This document shows positions 25,201 to 35,096 of a stretch of 64,000 bases of DNA, piece after piece. The position numbers and the translations under genes are program-made. The notes beneath the pieces are model-generated. The model ran no database searches and was not told the DNA's origin. It saw only the letters and a list, made by a program, of their open reading frames with translations. Within the stretch, counting starts at the first letter, position 1. Each line of letters opens with the position of its first letter. The stretch lies in the NCBI GenBank assembly GCA_964035545.1, contig OZ037767.1, positions 23,762,628-23,826,627 of the forward strand. The letters are read 5' to 3'. Source of the DNA: Bugula neritina (Eukaryota; Animalia; Bryozoa).

Positions 25201-28200
25201 ATGCTGCGAAATGCTGGATTTGCCGTGGCATCAAGCCTGAAGAAAACTTTCGCAGTTACTGCCGATCCAGCCACAGCGGCCATCACATCAAATGTCAATG
25301 TGATGCAAAAAGCAGCTTACCACGAGAACGTAAGGATTTTAACAAAAACTAGTTGTAGTATTAGTAAACAAATATAGTTCATTACTTAAATAAAAGGAGG
25401 ATGATTATGATCTTCATTATATCGATTATCAGAGTGAGAGTTACTTACTCTTAGTCTTAGAGTTACCGTTAGTGATACTCTGAGATGATACTGAATAACT
25501 GATACTGATAGGGATAGTTAATGTCATTGTCACTATCATAGTGATACTCTGATGACTGATAGTGATACAGATACTGTTGGGTAATGTGAATGCCATACTC
25601 ATACTGATCTGAGTGTGATACTCAATCTTGTAGTAATTTGTGCAATTACTGAGCGTGAGTTATTTACTTGCGTATAGTTAGCTGGTTATTCTGTTATCAA
25701 TTACTAGGGTAGCTGTCGAGTAATTATATTTATTATCCACAATAAAGCATAAAACAAACATCACATCAAATTATCCTATACAAGAGTCAACTACTAACAC
25801 ATGTTACTACTACAAGCCTCCGCTTACAACAACGTGATATAATGTTAATAACCCGGGAAGTGTCACGTGAATCGGAAGCATATCTTCCGGAGCTGCTAAT
25901 TGGTTGCTACATAAGGGTCTAAGTATTCCAAGAGTAGGGAGAGGGCGATTCCTGTATTTGTACTTGCACTACTCACTACACCGTCCCCCCCAGCAGAAAG
26001 CCCTACTTTCTGATAACACAATAAAAAAACATAATGAAAAACCATACAATAATCCAAAAAGAAAAACATATATAAGTAAACCCACAAAGAGTAAGAAAAG
26101 AAATAGTTGAGCACGACAACGTTTACATTAGAAGACAACAGGGTGATCGATCACACACATCTAGTCAGCTATTAAGAGAGAGGGTGCTTACCAGCACGCG
26201 GGCCAATGTCGGAGCGCTCGTCACATTCCAAACGAGTATCGCTCAACGAAGGTGCCTACCCCAGGCATTCTCATTGGTTGGGCTCTGATTCTTGTAGCGA
26301 CCGTGCTCGGTGTCGAGCCTGTCGGGCACGTAGCCGCCTCTTCAATCGCCCCACTGAGTCCTTCAACTGGTATAGACCTGTCGTCGTATCCAGCAGGTCA
26401 GGGGCAAGTTGTGTGAACTCGGCTTGTAGTCTTATAAGCCGCTCTTCTACGTTAGCCAGCTGGCTAGGCCTTGGTGGGGTTGTAGTGGTCTCCGTTAGAG
26501 GGGATATGGTTGTTTCTTTTACTTCTGGGGTGTTGCTAGGGTTGACGGGGGTAGGAGGTGGGCCCTGAACCATAGGGGACTTATGGCGGGCAGATAGTAG
26601 CAGTACGTGAAACCCTGACGTTAGTGCGGCCAGGGTGATAGCCTTCCTGATGACTGGCTTGCTGGCATCCAGGTATAGGGGGAAACTGTCTTCATCAACA
26701 GTGTGGTTCTCTCCGGCGAAGCAGCTTAGTTTATGTACTGTCACGGGATACGGGTAGACGTCGTGGAACCCGCAGGGACAGAAGTGGAGTAGGAAATGGG
26801 CGTCTACATGTAAACGCAGGGAGCGGTGTGACGGGCACTCCTCAAAGCAGACCTGGCAGGTTCGGTGTGGTCCACTGGGTCCCCAGGCTTCTTCAATTCT
26901 CCTCTCTGTCGTGGGTGACACCCAACGGTGTCGTCGGCGGAGCACTACGGGTATGCCATTCTCCATTACAGGCTCTTCTTTCATAGACAGAGAGGTTGGC
27001 TGGTCCCGTGACCGGGAGGTGGTCACTCGAGTGTGATCTGAAAGAGTAGCAGTGTTAAAGATTATACACTGAGGCACCGTCGGCGTGTACAGCCTGACCG
27101 GTACTCTGTTCAGTTACACTCGTGAGATTCAGGCTAATGAATAGTTGATGGAGAACACACTCGCTATGGCAGATTATTTAAAATCAAAGTCGACGTGTAT
27201 TCCCACCACTGTTTATCATTATCGAATCTCCAGCTAGCTAGTGTAGCTAAGCTGACTGATGCAGTCTAGTTATCGTACCAAAAACATAATTAACTCACCC
27301 TTCGATCCAGAATAGTAAGACATTTTGGAATGAGAGTGGTAAATGATTACTGTTTACTGGTACGTCTACTCTCGACTGCATCAACATAGGAAAAGACCGG
27401 ACAGCGTGGTTGTGAAACGTGACTAGGGCTTTTTACTTCCAGCGGATGAATCTCGTGTGAGATTCCGCCGAGGCAAAAGTTGAGATTTTCGTGGTGATCA
27501 CAACTCCCACGGCTCTTTGCCTGTTTTCCCATGCAAGGCCTCTCTAGACTTTCGTTACTGCCGCTTATACCGCGGTCACGTACACAGTCTCTGAGACACG
27601 CTGGAAGTTGCCTAGTGTGTGGTCCTGGTCCTATGTTGGTATCTCCTTGCGGAGCCCCTCCCACGGGGGGTTTTTGCACTTCCGGACCTGTTTCTGGTTC
27701 CGGAAGTGGTGATGATGGCAGGCTTGACGTTGGGGGCGGTGAGCGCACTTTCAAGGACGGAAGTGGCCTTTCTCGCCTCGCCAAGTCTTCCTGACGTGTC
27801 ATGGAGGTGTTTCCGGCCAGGTTGACAGTCTCCGCCTGCCGAGACCTTCTCGCACAATGCGTCTGCCGCCCCGCTTCACCAGGGAGACGGCTATGCTTGT
27901 TGGTCTGGCAGACTTTGCACCGTCTCACTCTGCGTCGGATATCCCGTTCCATGTTAGGCCAGTACCACCGGAGTTGTAGCTTGGTGACCACCCCTTGGAC
28001 TCCTCCGTGAGTCTCCTCGTGGGTGTCTTGTATCAACTTCCGGCGGATGGCAACTGGGCAGACAACCCTCTTCCTGGCTGGCTGTCTGCTGTTGGCGGCC
28101 AAGGTCATGGTTAGCAGACCATCTGGCCCGACCCGCAGAGAGCTCCAACGTTGACAGTACAGCCGTAACTCGGCGCATCCCTGTCGCCGTTGTGTACTAC

Positions 28201-31200
28201 TGGGTCGTCGCCCTTCCTGTTTCGCTCGGTACACGTCGGCTACCACCCCAGGAAGGCATTCCTGGAGCTTCGGCAGCTCCCTAACGTTACCAGCCCATAC
28301 AGGTTTGGCGCGGAGGCTCTGGGCAGCCTCCGGGGGCGTGTCAGCCCTCTGTTGGAGTAGCTGAGCAGGGGCGGTCCTCGCCGCCCGTGGTACCTCACGG
28401 CAGCCTGCTCTATTTAGGCGGGCTCCGTGGTCTGTGTGGCTGAACGCCTCACTGTACCCATGTGGCAACCTAGCCATAGCCTGGCGCTTCCCGTTGCCTG
28501 TGCAGCCACGCGTCCCTGGAGGAGGGGAGGCGTGGGTTGGGACGGTCCTCCGCCCTCGAGACGGGCTCTGCTGAGGACCTTCCGTCGTAGCTCCCGACGA
28601 CGGCCCAATGGCTTCCTCCTGGACAGGATGGAAGCGACCCAGCATGGATCTGGGTGGTAGGTCTACTGTCTCTGAGAAGGGGTTGACACACTGCACTGAG
28701 ATCTCTCCTTGTCCCGTAAGCCGGCTAAAGCTATGGGCAAGTTGGACTCTCGAGTGCGTACTTTCGACAACTCCCAGGTTTGGCCACCGTCTACCTTGCA
28801 GCGGACGGTAGCCCGGGAGTGGCCTGGTATAGTACAGCTCCGTACTACCTGCACTGCTCCCGCTAGAGGACGACCAAACTTATCGACACAAGCGAGCTCC
28901 TTGTCGCCCATGATCATCGCAGATTTACTGAAATCGATGCGACAACCGTGTCGTTGTAAGAATGGCATCCCGAGGATAGCATCCTCGTTGAGCTGCCCGA
29001 CGATAAACGTCTCTTGGATGGCCTGGTTACGGACGTAACCAGTTAGCTCAATAATGCCGTAGAAGGGAATGCATGACCCGTCTGCCAGGGTGCCATGATC
29101 CCCCTCATACGGTGCCAACCTGTCCTTGACCTTAGCGCTGAGGGTGTCAAAGAACTGACGGCTAAGGAGGTTGGTGGTGCAGCCTGAGTCCAGGAGGAAG
29201 TTGGCAGGCTTGCCGGCTAGCTTTCCTGGTAGGAAGTAGCTACTTCCGTGTGGCTGCAATTGTGTGTGCCGTGGTTGCACCTCCCTCGCTGTGGGTCGAG
29301 GGGTCCACGGTTGGCGGCGACTATTGACCAGCTGCCGAGGTTGGGGCGGTACGCCTTGCGGCGCCTGTACCGTTTCCCTCGCAGGCTCTGTGGTCAACCG
29401 TCTGCCGGTTCCGTGTTGGTGCCGGAGTGGCGTAGAGGACCCAGGTGGCGAGTGGCTGGAGCCTACTTGCCACGGGGGTCGCCACTTCACAGCATCTCCG
29501 CGCGGCGCCCAGCGGGGCGACAGACGCGCGGGCCTCCCTGGGTGATTCACAGACGGCCCGCAGGAGGTGGGAACATCTGCGGGCCGTGGTAGTTTAACCC
29601 TTGTGGGAGCTGAGGGCAGTCTCTCTGGAAATGTCCTGGCCTTCCGCATTCCCAGCAGAAGTGGTGCCCCATGCCTGGTGATTGTACCTGCGGCCCGCTA
29701 GGCTCACGGGCAGTATCTACCTGGCTTGGGGAAGCTAATGTGGTGACCAGTTTATCTAGCATGTCAGTCATCTGTGAGATTTTTGACGCTAGTGACATCT
29801 GGTTCACATTAGCCACCGCGGAGGGTTCCCCGTCTAATTCGGCGTGAGCAGTAGAGTGCTCCGTGGTCACCTGGCGGGAGGCCACGCGGTTGCGGTGCAT
29901 ATGAGTCGCCAAGAGGTAGGCTTCTCCCACCGCAAGTGCATCTTCGACTGTGGTGACTCCCCTCGCTTGGAGTTGATGGTGGAGCCCCAAGTCGTTGATG
30001 GACTGCACGAAGGCATCATAAGTATACCTCTCACGGTGTACCGGAGGCAGATCGCGGAATGCAATCTGCGCTAGTGGGTACACCGTGGCAGCGTGCTCTT
30101 CTAGTGACGTGTGAGGATCACGCCGCATCCTCTGTAGACGGGCCCGCGCATCTATGGGAGAGATGCCAAAACGGGCCCGCAGGGAAGCAAAGATTCCGTC
30201 TATGTCAGGTCCCGCTCCGTACGGCTTAGCTTTGCCCGTCAGCGCCATCCTGAGCTTGAGCAGCGCCACCCTTGGCGGCCACTCTGAAATCTCCATCACA
30301 TCTTGGAATATTTGGATAAACTGCTCCACTGCTTCTTCGCCTGCGAAGGTGGGCGCCTTCATCCGGTATCTGTCTTCACCATACTCTCTAAGAATTCTCA
30401 CTTCTTCATCTAACACCACTGGTTCCACAGGTATATCAACATTATCTCTCTCACCTTCATTCAGTGGAATGGGTAGCTCCGTGCCGTCTTCTGCCATGAC
30501 TGCTATACGCAAGATCCCACCGCTGCCACCACTGTAGTAATTTGTGCAATTACTGAGCGTGAGTTATTTACTTGCGTATAGTTAGCTGGTTATTCTGTTA
30601 TCAATTACTAGGGTAGCTGTCGAGTAATTATATTTATTATCCACAATAAAGCATAAAACAAACATCACATCAAATTATCCTATACAAGAGTCAACTACTA
30701 ACACATGTTACTACTACAAGCCTCCGCTTACAACAACGTGATATAATGTTAATAACCCGGGAAGTGTCACGTGAATCGGAAGCATATCTTCCGGAGCTGC
30801 TAATTGGTTGCTACATAAGGGTCTAAGTATTCCAAGAGTAGGGAGAGGGCGATTCCTGTATTTGTACTTGCACTACTCACTACAATCTTATTAACTTTAA
30901 GCCATAGTGGTGGTAATACTTATAGTAATAGTCATGCTCATAGTGATACTATTACTATTAGTATTACTAATACTAATAGTAATACTGCTAGTGCTAGTGA
31001 TAATCATACTTGTACTGATGATCCTACTAATAGTGATTCTCTGGTACTGGCAGTGCTACTCAATCTAAATCTCATACTCACAGTCAATGTCATAATGAAA
31101 ATGATGCACTTGAAAATAATCTAAATCTTGGAGTATTGAATTTAATAATGGTTATACTTATAGTTAGTGATAAGTAGAAGTACAACATTGAAATTGGTAC

Positions 31201-33736
31201 TAAAAATGATAATAAAAGGATATTCAATGATTTCACTGTGGTTTGTACTAATGGTTATATTAATACTTAGAGACTATAATTTTCAAATAATTATACTACT
31301 TTGGTACTTGTACTTGTAGCTATTATTGATACATACTGTTTTAATTTAAAAAATTGTATTTGTAACTTACTAGTAGCTCTAAGTAAAACATAAGTGACAA
31401 GACTTGGTTCAAATGCCAAAAGTATTTTAGTAGTTTGAAACTTTAAGTTTGAGACTCAACATAAACATAAGCAGCTTCTTTCATTGTTTTATGCTATCAT
31501 GTTATTGGTGCTTGGGTCATACTCTAGAAATGTTTTTATTGCTTTTAGTAAATTTACTATTTGTGATTACAAACGCTACTACATCTTAACTATGTGTCAT
31601 TTACCATGCCTAAAAGTGCGACTTCTGAGTGAAAAGAGAATTGGATATGATATTTGTGTACGTTTAATCATTGCATTTTAAAAAAGCGTGTGATTATGTA
31701 AAAATAGCATAGAATTTTACGAATATTAAAAATATGTATTATTGTTTTTACATTTTTCATGTTCTGTCAATATTATTGCATTTGCTTTCATTATGTTATA
31801 CATCGTTACATGTGTATTACTTTGTAGCGCTATTTTAATAATTTAATAAAAATATTGTTGTTGGTTTTTAGATACTGTATAGTTTGAGAATTTTATTTAC
31901 GTAAAGAATCCCAAATCAATTCAACATGTAGGCCCACAAAATTTATTTTAAAGCAAAATTATTTGAGTATACAACCCTAAAAGAGAATGATGATGAAAGC
32001 TAATATACATAAGAATATTTTAGTGTATCATGGATTATTTAAATATAGACTTGGCTCAAAGAAAAAATATGTGTTTATTTGGTTACTTGATAGTATGTGT
32101 CGCAAGTGGTCTAGTGATCATGTTTTATTTCAATTTTTCTTATAGCCTCGTACACTATCGGGTCTGATATGAAGCCTGATATTGTATTCAATTTATTCTC
32201 ATTTAACAAATTTCGTAGGTGATTGATCATTATGAAAATCCTCGAAATGTTGGTTCTTTGAACAAGAAAGAAGTTAATGTTGGGACCGGACTAGTGGGTG
32301 CCCCGGCTTGTGGAGATGTGATGAGGCTGCAGGTATGTTACTTTATTGGCTATCAACTGAGAATTGCCTCCTCTTAATGCTAGTTCAATTTATCCCTACT
32401 AGTAAAAGTGAAGTCTAGGTTTTGCAAATATACTGCAATTACTGCTACATATACTGTTTAAATTAATTAATTAAAATTAATTAAATATTTGTAATATGAG
32501 AAGTTTTTTTTATATAAACTAAAGCAGGTGTGTTTCTAATTTGAATATCATGCTAAACTCTCAAGTTAGTCTCTACTCTACATTATTTACATTATTCAGT
32601 ATGAATTTGGCTGTTGTGTAGATTTTTGGCCGATTGAAAACTGATTTGGGCATCTGAATTTCTGCTAAACTGAATGTTTTTACATACACAGTATTTCTCA
32701 CTTTTAGTTTCCTTTAACCTTTAGATTAGGCTAGGTTCTCAAACATTATGTGTATTCTGTAGAGTAGACTAAGTTCTCACCAGTTATGTGCATTCTATAG
32801 ATTAAGGTTGATGATGATGGGAAGATTATTGATGCCAAGTTCAAGACTTTCGGTTGCGGGTCAGCTATTGCATCTAGTTCCCTGGCTACAGAGTGGATCA
32901 AAGGAAAATCGGTAGCTATAAAATAAATATCACTTCATTTTGCACCATTTAGAAATCTAATTTTATTCTCCAGTTTCCAAATATGAAACTGGTGTTTTTC
33001 AGTTGACATTCAGATTTCAATGCTATGAAGTTAATTGATGGTTCTTGATTGTTGTTGATAAATTTATACAATAACACAAGTAATGAAACATCACCTCAGC
33101 TTATATGTATAATGTGATAGTAGTAATACTGATCTTACTAGATAGTAATACTGTATCTACTACTAGATCTAATACTTAGTAATACAGTATCTACTACTAG
33201 ATCTTACTGGATAGTAATACTGTATCTACAACTCTAAAGTCTTCTTTTTTACTAGATGGATGATGCTGGAAAAATAAAGAATACTGAGATAGCGAAGGAG
33301 TTGTCTTTACCTCCAGTCAAGCTGCACTGTTCCAGTAAGCTTAAGATTTGTTACTGTATTCTATGTGCACCAGAGTTTAAAGCATGCTGTTATAATTCAT
33401 GACTTCTAATACCATAAAATTTGTAACAGTGACAATGAACTGTAGCAGATAGGCATAGTTGATAGTAAATATAGATATGCGTTTAGCTGTGTTGAATTTC
33501 TTTATACAAGTGAGGACCTATAAATGACATGTTCAATCAATTTTTTTCTTCATAAATTTGTTTGTTGGCTTGAAAGTTAATTTCAATAGTAAATCAGAAA
33601 TATGTATGTAATGTGTATTATGTAATAAGTGTGGGTGTTAAACACCTATCTGTGTGTTGTAGTGCTGGCTGAAGATGCTATTAAAGCTGCTATCAAAGAC
33701 GTTGCTAAGAAGAGAGGGGCCAATAAGAAGGAGTAG
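25201..33736 (+). CDS. ISCU: Mitochondrial iron-sulfur cluster assembly scaffold
   Basis: Exons 25201-25329, 32219-32332, 32801-32911, 33256-33334, 33663-33736. [63 protein letters not shown]; N-terminal presequence. Confidence 0.97.
25420..25628. repeat. 6-bp-periodic tract in ISCU intron 1, left part (continues at 30885-31330)
   Basis: ATACTC, ATACTG, ATAGTG units; split by the LTR insertion. Confidence 0.75.
25629..25980 (-). repeat. 3' LTR
   Basis: No difference from 30533-30884 found by eye. Contains ETS-like CCGGAAG/GGAAG sites, CACGTG and a minus-strand AATAAA. Confidence 0.95.
25981..25991 (-). other. Polypurine tract
   Basis: Minus strand GGGGGGGACGG directly abuts the 3' LTR. Confidence 0.8.
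26271..27323 (-). CDS. Spliced accessory ORF3 of the LTR element: C2H2 + C2HC zinc fingers, leucine zipper, Arg-rich tail (~263 aa)
   Basis: Exon 1 27323-27299 (MSYYSGSK+G, donor G|GTGAGT), intron 27298-27038 (TTTAAC...CTACTCTTTCAG), exon 2 27037-26271; phases match (G|AT = Asp). C-X2-C-X12-H-X3-H and C-X-C-X12-H-X3-C at ~26858-26721. Confidence 0.75.
27347..28780 (-). pseudogene. Internally deleted pol remnant: post-protease linker fused to the integrase HHCC zinc finger; no RT, RNase H or DDE core
   Basis: Frame [16 protein letters not shown]...VQCVNPF continues into HEETHGG...[21 protein letters not shown]. No YxDD or DDE motifs. Out of frame with the protease (shift near 28780). Confidence 0.8.
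28663..29598 (-). CDS. pro: Retropepsin aspartic protease, in the -1 frame relative to gag
   Basis: [12 protein letters not shown] active site, GTLADGS flap, and [15 protein letters not shown]. Confidence 0.88.
   Translation of the reverse strand, partial: VKLPRPADVPTSCGPSVNHPGRPARLSPRWAPRGDAVKWRPPWQVGSSHSPPGSSTPLRHQHGTGRRLTTEPARETVQAPQGVPPQPRQLVNSRRQPWTPRPTAREVQPRHTQLQPHGSSYFLPGKLAGKPANFLLDSGCTTNLLSRQFFDTLSAKVKDRLAPYEGDHGTLADGSCIPFYGIIELTGYVRNQAIQETFIVGQLNEDAILGMPFLQRHGCRIDFSKSAMIMGDKELACVDKFGRPLAGAVQVVRSCTIPGHSRATVRCKVDGGQTWELSKVRTRESNLPIALAGLRDKERSQCSVSTPSQRQ
29547..30497 (-). CDS. gag: Gag (capsid-like domain plus CCHC zinc knuckle)
   Basis: Uninterrupted ORF from ATG 30497. [19 protein letters not shown] capsid-type motif; [14 protein letters not shown] knuckle. 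Confidence 0.9.
   Translation of the reverse strand: MAEDGTELPIPLNEGERDNVDIPVEPVVLDEEVRILREYGEDRYRMKAPTFAGEEAVEQFIQIFQDVMEISEWPPRVALLKLRMALTGKAKPYGAGPDIDGIFASLRARFGISPIDARARLQRMRRDPHTSLEEHAATVYPLAQIAFRDLPPVHRERYTYDAFVQSINDLGLHHQLQARGVTTVEDALAVGEAYLLATHMHRNRVASRQVTTEHSTAHAELDGEPSAVANVNQMSLASKISQMTDMLDKLVTTLASPSQVDTAREPSGPQVQSPGMGHHFCWECGRPGHFQRDCPQLPQGLNYHGPQMFPPPAGRL
29553..29598 (-). other. Programmed -1 ribosomal frameshift signal
   Basis: G_UUA_AAC heptamer (29598-29592) in the gag frame, 4-nt spacer, then a perfect 11-bp stem ACGGCCCGCAG/CUGCGGGCCGU with a 13-nt loop. Confidence 0.75.
30514..30531 (-). other. Primer-binding site complementary to the tRNA-Leu 3' end
   Basis: Minus strand TGGTGGCAGCGGTGGGAT, 1 nt from the 5' LTR; complement of the metazoan tRNA-Leu(AAG/TAG-type) 3' end ATCCCACCGCTGCCA-CCA as recalled. 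Confidence 0.85.
30533..30884 (-). repeat. 5' LTR
   Basis: 352-bp direct repeat of 25629-25980. Confidence 0.95.
30885..31330. repeat. 6-bp-periodic tract in ISCU intron 1, right part
   Basis: ATACTT ATAGTA ATAGTC ATGCTC ATAGTG ATACTA runs. Confidence 0.75.
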
Positions 33737-35096
33737 TATTTTCATGGACTGTAATGTTGGGCTGGCGTATAACATACTGCATGGTTATTCTCACCTATTG
33801 TCAAAGTATATACCAAGTATTCATTTACTCCTTTCATGTTCATCTATCACTGAAGCTGGCTAGCCCTCAACATACAATTATACATCTTATAATTATGGTA
33901 ACGTGATTGGTTTGTATGAGTTTTCAATATTGTTGATATTTATTTTTGTTATAAAACCTTTTGCCATTTAAGAGAATAAAATATATATCATAGTTTGACA
34001 CCTCGTGAGTTGTCTTCTTTTATTATTTTTATGTAGTTCTAATTACTCAGCTGGCTCTCCTTAAATTCAACCAACCAGGTCTCTATCTATGTGATAGTAT
34101 ACCTAATATGTACTATAATGTCTTCGGATAAAAATAGATAAGAAAATCATAAATTCACTAAGCGATGCATTTTCTACAAATCGCATTGGGCCGGAAAATT
34201 TATCATAAAAGTTATAGATCCTCTACATCTATTCAAATAATCTGCCAGGATTTCCTGCCATCCAGTGTAACTATGTAGATAATTATTCTATCATGCATCT
34301 CGATCTTCCTACAACACATACTATCTAGTACGCTAAGAATTTAGTGAGAACACTATTGTAGGAAAACCCAACAGAAACTTGTGCATCACATAATGTTTAA
34401 CACAACTATAAACAATCGGAATTTATTCAATTTAAAATTTCTTGACCGAACTTTTTAAAATATTTACCAGCTCTGGCCTCCGAGAGTATGTATCTTATAA
34501 TTATATTATATACTAGTTAGTGCTGCTAGTTTTTCTTCCTGTTGCTCAACATATGCATGCTATTCTTAGAGTCATCTCAATTTTTCAAGCAATAATAATG
34601 ACATAAAGTTCAACACTTTTAAAAAAAGGTATACCTATATCTTATTTTTGCTTGAATATTTTGCATTCTATCATGATCAATTGCAAAGTTATATGTATGA
34701 AAACATGTCAGTCCAATATAGGTCTAAGCCCGAACGCATTTATAAAAAAACTTAAATTAAAAACTTTTGTAGTTTTATTTATTAATATTAGCATTTCAAC
34801 ATTTCTCATTTTCTCTTTTCCCTCAACTTCTATTACACTTGTGTCGGACAGTCTAAACATACCAGTTTGTTTGTCCTTTTTTAATATCACGCAGTAAGTC
34901 TGTTAAATGTGTTAACACTGCAATAATGTGCATAGCCATTATTTGCTATTACTGCCTGCAGGTAAACAAAACTTACATATGACCTCACAATTACAGTTAC
35001 TGTATCTACAGTAGCTCTTAATATAATATAATGTCTTATAACACTATAATATATATGTTATATGGGATATCATTGCGTGATTACCAACTGTTATAG

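Larger units (their letters stand above)
25629..30884 (-). mobile_element. Non-autonomous Ty3/Gypsy-type LTR retrotransposon with an extra 3' gene, in ISCU intron 1, antisense to the host
   Basis: Two 352-bp LTRs with TGTAGT...ACTACA ends, 4-bp TSD ATCT (25625-25628, 30885-30888), PBS, PPT, gag, protease, integrase zinc finger; GC-rich interior. Confidence 0.95.

Noticed and set aside
26271-27077. Calling ORF3 an envelope gene
   Set aside because: No signal peptide, fusion peptide or TM anchor; the motifs indicate a soluble nucleic-acid-binding protein.
26206-30537. Many plus-strand and alternative-frame ORFs inside the LTR element
   Set aside because: Shadow ORFs expected in GC-rich coding DNA; no recognisable motifs.
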